In this document: positions 1-10,353 of the stretch, one piece after another | How positions within the stretch are numbered: the first letter of the stretch is position 1 | Layout: each line of letters opens with the position of its first letter | Source: Candidatus Methylopumilus sp. | Lineage (GTDB): Bacteria > Pseudomonadota > Gammaproteobacteria > Burkholderiales > Methylophilaceae | Reading direction: 5' to 3' | NCBI GenBank assembly: GCA_024640945.1 | Contig: JAHEEA010000011.1 | Coordinates: 10,576-74,575 of the forward strand | DNA: 64,000 bases | Notes under the pieces: model-generated | What the model was told of the DNA's origin: nothing | The model's input: the letters and a program-made list of their open reading frames with translations, nothing else | Databases searched by the model: none | Made by a program: the position numbers and the translations under genes

Positions 1-29
1 TGGAGAAAACAAAATTTTAGGAGATTTAT

Positions 30-1250
30 ATGAATAAGAAATTAGGTTTAGCAGTTGCTGGTGCTTTAGTAGCATTCTCATCCGCAGCTAACGCTGGTAT
101 CACAGTTCCAGCTGGTGATTGGACATTAGATGTGGGCGGCGTTGTTAATGCTTACTACACAGCGACACGTAACTCAGGTGAAGCAACAACAGGTTATGCT
201 ACATTGTGGGCAGGTAACGGTCAATCAGATGCTCTTGCAGGTGCTGGCGATAACAAAACACAAAACAACATTACAACTGGTTTGTTACCAAACTACTTGT
301 CTGTTTCTGGTAAATCACGTCAAAATGATTTAGATATTGCTTTCACAATCTCTATCAATCCAGGCGCGTCTACAACTGCATCAGGTAAACAATCATCACA
401 ACAAGAAAACCGTCAAGCATTCTTGACTATCGGTGATGCTTCATGGGGTTCAGTTAAATTAGGTAAAGACTTAGGCATTTTTGCTTCTGACGCTATCTTG
501 AACGACATGACATTGTTGGGCGTTGGTTCTGGTGCTGGTGGTTTAGCTGGTAACACAACTACTACTGGTCGTATCGGTACTGGCTTCATGTACGCTGACT
601 GGAAATCTCAAGTTGCTTACACATCACCAAACTGGAATGGTCTTCAATTCACAGCTGGTGTAACACAAGCTTGGAATGCATGGTCTAACATCAATGATTA
701 TGATGCATCTTCAGTTGGCCGTGGCGGCGCAGCTCCTGCATTTGAAGGTAAAGCTTCTTATGCTTGGGCAGGTAACGTACCTGGTAAGGTTTGGGCTTCT
801 GCAATTTCACAAAAAGTTGACCAATTGTCTACTGGCGGTTCAGATCGTGTGTATGCATGGGACTTGGGTGCTAATGCAACTGTAGCTGGCATTAACTTCA
901 CAGCTTACTACTATGAAGGCCAAGGTATTGGTCAAACAGTACAATTGAACGGTGGTTTTGATAACAACGGTAAACGTCGTGATTCAGAAGGCTACTACCT
1001 TCAAGCTAAATATACATTACCAACAGCAACTACACTTGGTATGAGCTATGGTGCAAGTAAGCTTGACAAAAACGGTGCAGCTGATGATATGACTGGTAAC
1101 TTGAAAGACAGTATGTGGACTGTTGGTCTTTACCATCCACTTACTAAGTCAGTTAATTTAGTTGCTGAGTACTCAGATGTTCACTCTGAATACGGTTCAC
1201 TAGATGCACGCGGTAAAACAGTTTCAGCTGGCGCAATCTTATTCTTCTAG
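30..1250 (+). CDS. General diffusion porin (Gram-negative outer-membrane beta-barrel)
   Basis: 406-aa ORF with Sec signal peptide MNKKLGLAVAGALVAFSSAANA. Gly/Asn/Thr/Tyr-rich alternating strands and a C-terminal aromatic end ...AGAILFF typical of OM barrels. AGGAG RBS 6 nt upstream, strongly biased codon usage, strong terminator downstream. Confidence 0.8.
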   Translation: MNKKLGLAVAGALVAFSSAANAGITVPAGDWTLDVGGVVNAYYTATRNSGEATTGYATLWAGNGQSDALAGAGDNKTQNNITTGLLPNYLSVSGKSRQNDLDIAFTISINPGASTTASGKQSSQQENRQAFLTIGDASWGSVKLGKDLGIFASDAILNDMTLLGVGSGAGGLAGNTTTTGRIGTGFMYADWKSQVAYTSPNWNGLQFTAGVTQAWNAWSNINDYDASSVGRGGAAPAFEGKASYAWAGNVPGKVWASAISQKVDQLSTGGSDRVYAWDLGANATVAGINFTAYYYEGQGIGQTVQLNGGFDNNGKRRDSEGYYLQAKYTLPTATTLGMSYGASKLDKNGAADDMTGNLKDSMWTVGLYHPLTKSVNLVAEYSDVHSEYGSLDARGKTVSAGAILFF

Positions 1251-1276
1251 GATTGATTGTTTAGCTTGAAATAGTT

Positions 1277-1306
1277 AAACGGCACCTTCGGGTGCCGTTT
1301 TTTTTT
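1277..1306 (+). terminator. Rho-independent terminator after the porin gene
   Basis: Stem cggcacc / ggtgccg with ttcg loop, flanked by AAA and a 9-T run. Confidence 0.85.
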
Positions 1307-1323
1307 AGAAAGTTGAGTGAAGT

Positions 1324-1575
1324 ATGAAATTGTTAATTATTGGTTTTGTTTTTTTGACTACTGGGTGTGCCCAATTAATGCATGGTCAGCTACAACCAGT
1401 TATTCTAAAAGATGTTAAAAAACAGATTATGTTTACTACCTGTAGCGGTGCCGCAGAAGATTGGTCCAGTTGTAATAGAAAAGCAGGAGAAGTATGTACT
1501 AATGGCTACTATGCTTTAGAGAAGTTTGAGAATGCTAACGGTGGCATCAGGGAATTAACTTTCAAATGTAATTAA
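1324..1575 (+). CDS. Small Cys-rich exported protein, probable lipoprotein, unknown function
   Basis: 83 aa with a hydrophobic N-terminus and lipobox-like LTTGC. Four further Cys could form two disulfides. Only 3 nt before the next ORF. Confidence 0.5.
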   Translation: MKLLIIGFVFLTTGCAQLMHGQLQPVILKDVKKQIMFTTCSGAAEDWSSCNRKAGEVCTNGYYALEKFENANGGIRELTFKCN

Positions 1576-1578
1576 TGA

Positions 1579-2262
1579 TTGAGTATTTATATGAACCTCT
1601 ATCCAGTGACGGTTGTAAATGATTTTTATGAAAATCCTGATGCAATTCGTCAGTTTGCTTTAGCGCAGCAATATACCTATTGCCATAAGATGAAAGATAT
1701 TAGCTATGTCTTTCCTGGCTCTCGTACTAAAGATTTGTTTGAGCTTAATCCTGCACTCTATGAAAGAGTGTGTAAGAAACTGGTTTCTGTATTTCACATT
1801 CCTGAACATGATGTGATGCGCTGGGCAATTTCTACTAGCTTTCAGATCGTAGGTGGTGAATATGGTGCAGGGCTCATCCATCAAGATCAAAATACAATCT
1901 TTGCTGATGTGCTTTATCTAACGCCTGATGCACCATTAGATTCAGGCACTTCATTGTTTAAAAAGAATCAGCACTTTGATGAAGTAGCCTATCAAGCTGG
2001 TATCGCAGATAATGATGAGCGTTTTAGGAATAAACAGCCCATTAACTTTGACTATCACAAGATGTTTGATGAAGTGGTGCGTGTGAATAATGTTTACAAT
2101 ACGCTTATTTTGTTTGAAGGTGATATCCATCATTGCGCTAATCAGTTCTTTGGTACAACGAATGAGAACTCAAGACTTGCTCAGGTGTTCTTTATTAATA
2201 AAATCGATGCGAATAAAGAAAGCTCGTTCCCTATTAGTAGAATTAAAACCCATAAGCTTTAA
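1579..2262 (+). CDS. 2OG-Fe(II) oxygenase-like protein of unknown function
   Basis: 227 aa with no signal peptide. H-x-D (LIHQDQ) plus distal His (GDIHHCAN) and a downstream Arg (NSRLAQ) fit the facial-triad/2OG pattern. The fold assignment is by motif only. Confidence 0.55.
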   Translation: MSIYMNLYPVTVVNDFYENPDAIRQFALAQQYTYCHKMKDISYVFPGSRTKDLFELNPALYERVCKKLVSVFHIPEHDVMRWAISTSFQIVGGEYGAGLIHQDQNTIFADVLYLTPDAPLDSGTSLFKKNQHFDEVAYQAGIADNDERFRNKQPINFDYHKMFDEVVRVNNVYNTLILFEGDIHHCANQFFGTTNENSRLAQVFFINKIDANKESSFPISRIKTHKL

Positions 2263-2290
2263 CTTAATAAGATTCTTGCGATCACAACCA

Positions 2291-2315
2291 AAGCCAAGAT
2301 TAATCTTGGCTTTTT
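2291..2315 (+). terminator. Rho-independent terminator
   Basis: Stem gccaaga / tcttggc, loop ttaa, followed by TTTTT. Confidence 0.65.
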
Positions 2316-2342
2316 GTTGCTTGTAGCCATTAAAATACCCCG

Positions 2343-3206
2343 ATGACAGTCATTAAAACTTTTTTAAACCAAATCACACAGCAATTGGTCAACTCTTTAA
2401 GTACTGAAGAAGCTACTTTAGAGGTTCGGCGATTCATGCAGCATGTGCTTAAGGTTGACCATGCTTGGTTAATTGCCCATGCTAATGATGTCCTCACACT
2501 AGAGCAGATGGCTGCTGTAGAAGCTTTATTGCAGCGTCGGATTAGCGGTGAGCCTATGGCTTATATTTTGGGTCGGCGCGAGTTTTATGGTTTAGATTTA
2601 AAAACGACCAAGGCTACGCTTATTCCTCGGCCTGATACAGAAACCCTAGTTGAAGCAACGCTTGCTAAGATTCCAGCAGATAGAGTCTGTTTGGTCCTGG
2701 ATTTAGGCACGGGCACGGGGGCGATTGCATTAGCAATTGCGAGCCAAAGGCCTCACGCGCAAGTGACGGCTGTTGATTGCAGCGCCGAGGCTTTGCAAGT
2801 CGCTACTGAGAATAGCGAATCTTTAAAGTTAAGCCACGTTAAATTTATTAAAAGTCATTGGTTTTCTGAATTTGCTCAAAGTTCGCATGCAAAGTTTGAT
2901 GTGATTGTTAGTAATCCCCCTTATATTCGAGAAGGTGATATTCATTTAAGCCAAGGCGATTTGCGCTTTGAGCCAATCTCTGCGCTCGCTTCTGGTGTAG
3001 ATGGATTGGATGATATTCGAATCATTATTAACCAAGCCCCTCAACATTTGAATATAAATGCTTGGCTGATGCTTGAGCATGGCTATAATCAAGCAAGTGA
3101 TGTTGCTCAACTTTTAAGAGATGCAGGTTTTATGCAAATTACTCATGCGCTCGATTTAGCAGGGATTCAACGAGTGACTTTGGGCTGTTGGCAGTCAAGC
3201 AGTTAA
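2343..3206 (+). CDS. prmC: Peptide chain release factor N5-glutamine methyltransferase
   Basis: SAM-binding DLGTGTGAIAL and the catalytic NPPY motif (VSNPPYI). The 287-aa length is typical of HemK/PrmC. Confidence 0.9.
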   Translation: MTVIKTFLNQITQQLVNSLSTEEATLEVRRFMQHVLKVDHAWLIAHANDVLTLEQMAAVEALLQRRISGEPMAYILGRREFYGLDLKTTKATLIPRPDTETLVEATLAKIPADRVCLVLDLGTGTGAIALAIASQRPHAQVTAVDCSAEALQVATENSESLKLSHVKFIKSHWFSEFAQSSHAKFDVIVSNPPYIREGDIHLSQGDLRFEPISALASGVDGLDDIRIIINQAPQHLNINAWLMLEHGYNQASDVAQLLRDAGFMQITHALDLAGIQRVTLGCWQSSS

Positions 3207-3236
3207 ATTTATTCCTGCTCATAGTATAATTACGCC

Positions 3237-4364
3237 ATGTCTTTACCATCATCAGTCGGCATTGTTGCCGCGAAAACTGCGCACTTCACGGAACCACTTA
3301 GCTTAAAAAGTGGCGATGTGTTATCACAATATCATCTCGTTTATGAAACTTACGGTAAATTAAATGCCGATAAATCAAACGCAGTAATGATTTGTCACGC
3401 CTTATCTGGCAACCATCATGTGGCTGGAAAATATGATGAGGCTGATAAAAATCCTGGCTGGTGGGATAACCTGATTGGCCCAGGTAAACCTTTAGACACC
3501 AATAAATTCTTTGTGATTGGCTTGAATAATCTTGGCGGCTGTCATGGCAGTAGTGGTCCGCTAAGCACCAATCCGGCAACTGATAAACCTTGGGGCGCGA
3601 GCTTCCCTGTAGTGACTGTAGAAGATTGGGTCAATTCTCAAGCACGATTAGCAGACTCCTTGGGGATTAAGCAGCTTGCTGCGATTGTTGGCGGAAGCCT
3701 AGGTGGTATGCAAGCCTTGCAATGGACCATTGCTTATCCTGAGCGTGTTCGTAATGCCTTGGTGATTGCATCCGCCCCTAATCTTACTGCTCAAAATATC
3801 GCATTCAACGAAGTCGCGCGCCAAGCAATTATTACCGACCCTGAGTTCCATGGAGGTGATTATTACAATCACGGTGTGTTGCCGCGTCGAGGTTTACGTA
3901 TTGCACGTATGCTCGGCCATATTACTTACTTAAGTGATGATGCAATGGGTGCTAAATTTGGCCGTAAATTACGAGATGGTCACGTTAAATATGGTTTCGA
4001 TGTTGATTTCGAAATGGAATCATATTTGCGCTATCAAGGTGATAAATTCGCCGGTGAATTTGATGCAAATACCTATTTACGCATGACACGCGCACTAGAT
4101 TACTTTGATCCAGCTTTTGATTATCAAGGTGATTTGTCTGCCGCATTGGCTAAAGTAAAGTCAGACTTTTTAGTGGTTTCATTTACCAGCGATTGGCGCT
4201 TCTCGCCTGGTCGTTCGCGTGAAATTGTAAAAGCTTTACTCGATAACGAGCTCTCGGTGAGTTACGCAGAAGTGACGGCTGCGCATGGCCATGATGCGTT
4301 CTTAATGCCAGATGAGCATTATCACAACATCATGCGTCAATATTTAGCAAAGATTGAGGTTTAG
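3237..4364 (+). CDS. metX: Homoserine O-acyltransferase, MetX family (acetyl versus succinyl specificity not decidable by eye)
   Basis: Alpha/beta hydrolase with nucleophile elbow [11 protein letters not shown]. Overall MetX-like sequence, followed 2 nt later by metW. Confidence 0.9.
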   Translation: MSLPSSVGIVAAKTAHFTEPLSLKSGDVLSQYHLVYETYGKLNADKSNAVMICHALSGNHHVAGKYDEADKNPGWWDNLIGPGKPLDTNKFFVIGLNNLGGCHGSSGPLSTNPATDKPWGASFPVVTVEDWVNSQARLADSLGIKQLAAIVGGSLGGMQALQWTIAYPERVRNALVIASAPNLTAQNIAFNEVARQAIITDPEFHGGDYYNHGVLPRRGLRIARMLGHITYLSDDAMGAKFGRKLRDGHVKYGFDVDFEMESYLRYQGDKFAGEFDANTYLRMTRALDYFDPAFDYQGDLSAALAKVKSDFLVVSFTSDWRFSPGRSREIVKALLDNELSVSYAEVTAAHGHDAFLMPDEHYHNIMRQYLAKIEV

Positions 4365-4366
4365 CC

Positions 4367-4990
4367 ATGGGTAACTTAGAAAAAAACATGGCAATGAGTG
4401 CAGATGCCCGCGCTGACTTTGCTTTAATCGCTCAATGGGTAGCACCAAACGCTAAAGTGCTGGATTTGGGTTGCGGCGATGGTTCTTTGTTAAGCCAATT
4501 ACGTAAAACACACAATATTCGTGGTTATGGCGTTGAAAAAGATGATGCTAATTGGCTAAAAGCCATGAATAACGGTGTGGATGTGATTCAGATGGATTTG
4601 GAATCTGGATTGTCAGGTTTTGAAGCGCAATCATTTGATGTGGTGATTTTGTCACAGACCTTGCAGGCCGTTCTAAATACCGAGGCAATCGTACACGAGA
4701 TGTTACGCGTAGGTCGCGAAGTGATAGTCACCTTCCCAAATTTTGGCTATTGGCGTCACCGTATTCAAATTATGACCGGCAATATGCCAGTGTCTGATAA
4801 TTTGCCTTACCAATGGTATGACACGCCTAACGTGCATTTATGTACGATTAATGACTTTGATGATTTTTGCCGTAAGAGCAATATTAAAGTGCAGCAGCGT
4901 TTGGTATTAACTGATAAAAAAGAAGTGCACGTGATGACTAATATTCGAGGCAATTTGGCGATGTATCGCTTAAGGTCTGGGCAGTCTTAA
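4367..4990 (+). CDS. metW: Methionine biosynthesis protein MetW
   Basis: Methyltransferase-like LDLGCGDG motif. Forms the canonical metX-metW pair. Confidence 0.88.
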   Translation: MGNLEKNMAMSADARADFALIAQWVAPNAKVLDLGCGDGSLLSQLRKTHNIRGYGVEKDDANWLKAMNNGVDVIQMDLESGLSGFEAQSFDVVILSQTLQAVLNTEAIVHEMLRVGREVIVTFPNFGYWRHRIQIMTGNMPVSDNLPYQWYDTPNVHLCTINDFDDFCRKSNIKVQQRLVLTDKKEVHVMTNIRGNLAMYRLRSGQS

Positions 4991-4992
4991 AT

Positions 4993-5661
4993 TTATTGGA
5001 ACAGTCTCAAAATCCCAGCCAAACCAAAACTGATCACCAGCAATCCGCTGGCGCGTCTTACCCAAATATTCTGTAAAAAGCTTTTAAGTTTTACTGCTGC
5101 CAATCCCATGGCTAGTAATGTTGGCAGTGTGCCTAAACCAAATGCCAGCATCAGCAAACCTCCATTGACTGCGCTGCCTGTAGCTACTGCTGCAATCAGA
5201 ATGCTATACACCAACCCACACGGCAACCAACCCCAAAGCCCACCTAAAATTAGTGCTTGTTTGAGATTTTTAATGGGGATGAATTTTTTGGAATAAGGTT
5301 GGATATGCTTCCATAAGACGCCGCCAATTTGCTCTAAATAAGTAAGGCCGTGCCAAATGCCTGCCAAATACAAGCCTAATAAAATTAGCATGCCACTACT
5401 GATTAAATATAAAGTTTTTTGAATAGGTAAGATGTGGTTTAAGAAAAAACTCGTCGCACCTAAAAATCCAGCGACCATGCCAGCGATGATATAACTTAAA
5501 ATACGCCCTGTGTTGTAGGCAAGCAGAAAAGGAAGCTTGCTGGATTTGTGTTGGGGTAAATGCACACTTACGGCACCAACAAAGCCACCACACATCCCTA
5601 TGCAATGTCCGCCGCCAAGTAGGCCAACCAAAAACGCACTTAAAAAACTGAGTTCTATCAT
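4993..5661 (-). CDS. Polytopic membrane protein with HCxxMCGG motif (TauE/SafE- or DsbD_2-like family)
   Basis: 222 aa with about 6 hydrophobic helices. N-terminal GGGHCIGMCGGF motif. Confidence 0.6.
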   Translation of the reverse strand: MIELSFLSAFLVGLLGGGHCIGMCGGFVGAVSVHLPQHKSSKLPFLLAYNTGRILSYIIAGMVAGFLGATSFFLNHILPIQKTLYLISSGMLILLGLYLAGIWHGLTYLEQIGGVLWKHIQPYSKKFIPIKNLKQALILGGLWGWLPCGLVYSILIAAVATGSAVNGGLLMLAFGLGTLPTLLAMGLAAVKLKSFLQNIWVRRASGLLVISFGLAGILRLFQ

Positions 5662-5708
5662 TTCAATATTGTGGCATGAAAGCAGGTTTTTCGGTTATCG
5701 TTGAGCCT

Positions 5709-6986
5709 ATGAATATCAATCAAATAAAAACAACACCACATTTCTCAAAATTACACTTCTTAACTCCGCTGATGAATAAGCGCATGCTGATTTGCATTTT
5801 CACTGGGTTTAGCTCGGGCTTGCCGCTTTATATTTTGGTCAGTCTATTGCCAGCATGGTTGAGAAGTGAGGGGGTTGATTTAAAAGCGATTGGTCTGTTT
5901 GCTTTAATCCAATTGCCGTTCACTTGGAAATTTATTTGGGCGCCTTTGTTTGATCGGTATGCTTTGCCGCTTGGCCAAAAATTAGGCGGTCGACGCCGTG
6001 GTTGGTTGTTAGTGATGCAATTAGGACTGATAGTGACTTTACCGCTTCTTGGTATTTTTCATCCGCAATTGGATATTTGGACGATTGCGTATTTCTCAAC
6101 CCTCGTTGCATTTTTTAGTGCCAGCCAAGATGTCGTTTTAGATGCTTATCGTCGTGAAATACTGCCCGATCATGAACTGGGCTTAGGCAATACCATCCAT
6201 GTAAACGCCTACAAAATTGCCGGCTTGGTGCCAGGTTCTTTATCTTTAATTTTGGCCGACCATTTACCTTGGGATAGTGTGTTTTCAATTACGGCGTTGT
6301 TCATGCTGCCAGGCATTGTAATGACCTTGTTAGTGCAAGAGCCTGCATTAATGAACGGCACACCAAAAACGCTAAGAGCAGCGGTTGTCGAGCCTTTTCA
6401 AGAGTTTATTGGGCGTCGCGGAGTGAAAAGTGCACTCACTATTCTCGCATTCATTTTTCTGTACAAATTAGGCGATAGCATGGCGACTGCGCTTGCCACG
6501 CCTTTTTATTTGGATATGGGCTTTAGTAAAACCGAAATCGGCTTGATTGCTAAAAACGCTGGACTTTGGCCTAGTGTGATTGGTGGCATATTAGGCGGTA
6601 TTTGGATGATGAAAATCGGTATTAATCGCGCTTTATGGATATTTGGTGCCATTCAAATGATTGCTATTCTAGGCTTTGCTTGGTTAGCTGGGGCAGGTCA
6701 TAGTTTGTTCTGGTTAGGCGCTGTGATTGGCCTTGAAGCTTTTGGTGTTGGTTTAGGCACAGCTGCTTTTGTCGCCTATATTGCCCACACCACTAATCCA
6801 CTTTATACCGCTACACAGTTTTCCTTGTTTACTAGCTTGGCCGCTGTGCCGCGTACCGTCGCTAATTCAGCAACTGGTTATTTAGTCGAATATTTTGGTT
6901 GGCAACAGTTTTTTATCTTCTGTTTTATCATCGCAATTCCGGGGATGTTATTGCTACTTAAAGTAGCGCCTTGGAGTCAAGACTAA
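5709..6986 (+). CDS. ampG: AmpG-family muropeptide MFS permease
   Basis: GFSSGLPLY and FTWKFIWAPLFDRY match the AmpG N-terminal signatures. The ORF is open from 5676, but that start lies only 14 nt from the divergent gene, so ATG 5709 is preferred; 5772 is also possible. Confidence 0.8.
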   Translation: MNINQIKTTPHFSKLHFLTPLMNKRMLICIFTGFSSGLPLYILVSLLPAWLRSEGVDLKAIGLFALIQLPFTWKFIWAPLFDRYALPLGQKLGGRRRGWLLVMQLGLIVTLPLLGIFHPQLDIWTIAYFSTLVAFFSASQDVVLDAYRREILPDHELGLGNTIHVNAYKIAGLVPGSLSLILADHLPWDSVFSITALFMLPGIVMTLLVQEPALMNGTPKTLRAAVVEPFQEFIGRRGVKSALTILAFIFLYKLGDSMATALATPFYLDMGFSKTEIGLIAKNAGLWPSVIGGILGGIWMMKIGINRALWIFGAIQMIAILGFAWLAGAGHSLFWLGAVIGLEAFGVGLGTAAFVAYIAHTTNPLYTATQFSLFTSLAAVPRTVANSATGYLVEYFGWQQFFIFCFIIAIPGMLLLLKVAPWSQD

Positions 6987-7042
6987 TGCCCATCTATCAG
7001 CACCTTCGGGTATAATTCTTATTTTTCAAGTAGGAGCTTTCT

Positions 7043-7303
7043 ATGCCTATTTATGATTATCAATGTACAAGCTGTGGTTTTAAAAAAGAAGTGATGCGTA
7101 AAGCGAGTGAGCCAAATTTAACGGCTTGCCCTGAATGCAATAAAGAGACGTTTGCAAAACAAGTATCGGCGCCAAGTTTTCAGTTGAATGGCACAGGCTG
7201 GTATGCAACCGATTTTAAAGGCAGCGGCTCTAAACCAGCTAAGCCAGAAAAAAAGACTGAGGCCGCACCTGCAGCATGTGTAACAGGCTGCGCTTGTCAT
7301 TAA
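7043..7303 (+). CDS. FmdB-family zinc-ribbon protein
   Basis: MPIYDYQCTSCG...CPECN double CxxC motif and a Cys-rich C-terminal tail. Confidence 0.8.
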   Translation: MPIYDYQCTSCGFKKEVMRKASEPNLTACPECNKETFAKQVSAPSFQLNGTGWYATDFKGSGSKPAKPEKKTEAAPAACVTGCACH

Positions 7304-7328
7304 AAACTGAACTGAGTAAAACCAGAAT

Positions 7329-7967
7329 ATGAAAAAAAACTTTATTACAGGCTTGCTAGTTTTAGTGCCACTTTTTATCACCGTTTGGGTGTTGAGCACT
7401 TTAATTGGCATGATGGATCAAAGCTTATTGCTGTTGCCGATTGAATGGCGTCCTGAGGCGCAACTTGGCCGCGCAGTTCCTGGCTTGGGTGCAATCTTAA
7501 CCCTGCTGATTATTTTTATTACCGGTGTGATTGCGACTAACTTCTTTGGTAAACGTATCTTGCGTTTATGGGAAGCAATGTTGACCCGTGTGCCTGTAGT
7601 GAAGTCAATTTACTCGAGCGTCAAACAAGTTTCTGATACTTTGTTTTCAGATTCTGGCAATGCTTTCCGTAAAGCTTTGTTGGTGCAATATCCACGTCAA
7701 GGAAGCTGGACGATTGCCTTTATGACTGGCACGCCAGGTGGCGATGTAGCGAACCATCTTAAAGGTGGTTATGTGAGTGTGTATGTACCAACAACGCCTA
7801 ACCCAACATCAGGTTTTTTCTTGATGATGCATCAAAGCGATGTCATTGAATTGCACATGAGCGTGGATGAAGCATTGAAATATATTATTTCGATGGGTGT
7901 CGTTGCACCTTCAACTCCGCATATGGTAGAGCATGATCCTGGTGTTGATGAAACATCAGATGCTTAA
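7329..7967 (+). CDS. DUF502-family membrane protein
   Basis: Two N-terminal TM helices and a conserved-looking soluble domain. Family call is from sequence recollection only. Confidence 0.7.
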   Translation: MKKNFITGLLVLVPLFITVWVLSTLIGMMDQSLLLLPIEWRPEAQLGRAVPGLGAILTLLIIFITGVIATNFFGKRILRLWEAMLTRVPVVKSIYSSVKQVSDTLFSDSGNAFRKALLVQYPRQGSWTIAFMTGTPGGDVANHLKGGYVSVYVPTTPNPTSGFFLMMHQSDVIELHMSVDEALKYIISMGVVAPSTPHMVEHDPGVDETSDA

Positions 7968-8009
7968 TTAATTTTTATAACTTTAATTTTTTCTAAAGAA
8001 CTTTTTAAT

Positions 8010-9800
8010 ATGCGTACTCATTACTGCGGACATGTAAACCGCGACTTAATTGGCCAAACAGTAACTTTATGTGGTTGGGCGCATCGTCGTCGTGACCATG
8101 GCGGCGTTATTTTTATCGACTTGCGCGACCGTGAAGGCATGGCGCAAATCGTGATTGATCCAGATACACCAGAAGCTTTTGCGATTGCGGAATCAGTACG
8201 TAGCGAATACGTATTGAAAGTGACTTGTAAAGTACGCCCAAGACCGGAAGGTACGGTTAATAAAAACATCCCAACCGGTGAAGTGGAAATGTTAGCAAGT
8301 GAGATTGAAATCTTGAATCCATCGCTCACACCACCGTTCATGTTGGATGATGAAAATCTGACCGAAACAGTGCGTCTTGAGCATCGCTATATTGATTTGC
8401 GCCGCCCAGCGATGCAAAAAAATATGATGTTACGTTATCGCGTGGCTAAAACTTTACGTGACCATTTAGATACCAATGGTTTTATTGAAGTTGAAACACC
8501 AATGTTGACACGCAGCACGCCAGAAGGCGCACGTGATTACTTGGTGCCTAGCCGTGTGCATGACGGCATGTTCTTTGCGTTGCCACAATCACCGCAATTA
8601 TTTAAACAGCTGTTGATGGTTTCAGGATTTGATCGTTATTTCCAAATCACTAAATGTTTCCGTGATGAAGATTTACGTGCAGACCGCCAGCCAGAATTTA
8701 CACAAGTCGATATTGAAACTTCATTTTTAGGTGAAGAAGAAATCATGAACATTGTCGAAGATATGATTCGCAAAATGTTCAAGGGTGTTCAAGATATCGA
8801 TTTGCCAGAAAAATTCCCACGTATGCCGTTCTCTGAAGCGATGACACGTTATGGTTCAGACAAACCAGACATGCGCGTGACTTTAGAAATCACAGAGCTT
8901 TCGGATGTCATGAAAGATGTGGACTTCAAAGTATTCTCAGGCGCTGCCAATATGGAAAATGGCCGCGTAGCTGCTTTGCGTGTGCCAAATGGAGCAGCAA
9001 TTAGCCGTTCAGAAATCGATGCATACACTGAGTTCGTGAAGATTTATGGCGCTAAAGGTTTGGCGTACATCAAGATTAACGACATCACACAATTAAACGA
9101 AGAAGGTCTGCAAAGCCCAATCGTGAAAAACATTCACGTAAAAGCATTGCAAGCGATTATTGATCGCACAGGTGCGCAAAATGGCGACATCGTGTTCTTC
9201 GGTGCGGATAAAACAAAAGTAGTGAACGAAGCTTTGGGCGCTTTACGTCTTAAAGTCGGTCACGATAAAGGCCATGTAGATGGCCGTGCTTGGGCGCCAC
9301 TATGGGTGGTCGATTTCCCAATGTTTGAACATGATGAAGAAGCTGATCGTTGGGTGGCATTACATCATCCGTTCACTTCACCAAAAGATGGCCACGAAGA
9401 TTTGTTGGCAACTAATCCAGGCGCATGTTTATCTAAAGCTTATGACATGGTGTTGAATGGTTGGGAAGTGGGCGGCGGTTCAGTGCGTATCCATAAACAA
9501 GAAGTGCAATCAAAAGTATTTGATGCATTGAAGATTAGCAAAGAAGAAGCACAAGAAAAATTTGGCTTCTTGCTTGATGCGCTTCAATACGGCGCACCTC
9601 CACACGGTGGTTTGGCGTTTGGTTTAGATCGTTTAGTAACTTTAATGGCAGGTGCAGAGTCTATTCGTGACGTAATTGCGTTCCCTAAAACACAACGTGC
9701 ACAATGCTTGATGACAAACGCACCAAATGAAGTGGACGAAAAACAATTACGTGAATTGCACATTCGTTTACGTACGCAACAAAAAGTTGCTGAAGCTTAA
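8010..9800 (+). CDS. aspS: Aspartate--tRNA ligase
   Basis: 596 aa class II aaRS. N-terminal OB fold, [13 protein letters not shown], motif 2 [22 protein letters not shown], motif 3 [10 protein letters not shown]. Confidence 0.97.
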   Translation: MRTHYCGHVNRDLIGQTVTLCGWAHRRRDHGGVIFIDLRDREGMAQIVIDPDTPEAFAIAESVRSEYVLKVTCKVRPRPEGTVNKNIPTGEVEMLASEIEILNPSLTPPFMLDDENLTETVRLEHRYIDLRRPAMQKNMMLRYRVAKTLRDHLDTNGFIEVETPMLTRSTPEGARDYLVPSRVHDGMFFALPQSPQLFKQLLMVSGFDRYFQITKCFRDEDLRADRQPEFTQVDIETSFLGEEEIMNIVEDMIRKMFKGVQDIDLPEKFPRMPFSEAMTRYGSDKPDMRVTLEITELSDVMKDVDFKVFSGAANMENGRVAALRVPNGAAISRSEIDAYTEFVKIYGAKGLAYIKINDITQLNEEGLQSPIVKNIHVKALQAIIDRTGAQNGDIVFFGADKTKVVNEALGALRLKVGHDKGHVDGRAWAPLWVVDFPMFEHDEEADRWVALHHPFTSPKDGHEDLLATNPGACLSKAYDMVLNGWEVGGGSVRIHKQEVQSKVFDALKISKEEAQEKFGFLLDALQYGAPPHGGLAFGLDRLVTLMAGAESIRDVIAFPKTQRAQCLMTNAPNEVDEKQLRELHIRLRTQQKVAEA

Positions 9801-9869
9801 TTCACTCACAAAAGCGAAGAATTAAATGTCATTAGATATTTGGTTCTTTGCTTTTTTGCATTCAAGTGA

Positions 9870-10340
9870 GTGCTTAAATTGACTGCAGAAACATTTAAAA
9901 CACCGATTTCTGTTTTAGTGTTGATTCATACAGCAGACTTAAAAGTATTGCTTATTGAACGTGCAGATAAAGCCGGATTTTGGCAATCAGTGACTGGCAG
10001 TATTGAAGTTGATGATGCTGATTTAAGGGCAACAGCAATCCGTGAAGTGAAAGAAGAAACAGGTTTAGATGCTGAAAAATACGCACTTAGCGATTGGCAG
10101 TTTTCTCAAACCTATGAAATTTATGAGCACTGGCGCTATCGTTATGCGCCTGGTGTAACGCAAAATGTAGAACATATATTTGGCTTGGAATTACCTAGTA
10201 CTTTAGATGTTGAGTTGGCCCCTAATGAGCATGTGGCTTATGAGTGGGTGGATTGGCGAGAAGCAGAAAAACGGGTATTTTCTTGGACAAATGTAGAAGC
10301 AATCCGCCGCCTTGGCGAACGACATCAACTAACACTTTAA
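9870..10340 (+). CDS. nudB: Nudix hydrolase, dihydroneopterin triphosphate diphosphatase-like
   Basis: Nudix box GSIEVDDADLRATAIREVKEETGL. Sits directly after aspS as in E. coli. GTG start. Confidence 0.75.
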   Translation: MLKLTAETFKTPISVLVLIHTADLKVLLIERADKAGFWQSVTGSIEVDDADLRATAIREVKEETGLDAEKYALSDWQFSQTYEIYEHWRYRYAPGVTQNVEHIFGLELPSTLDVELAPNEHVAYEWVDWREAEKRVFSWTNVEAIRRLGERHQLTL

Positions 10341-10353
10341 AGCAATAAACGGA

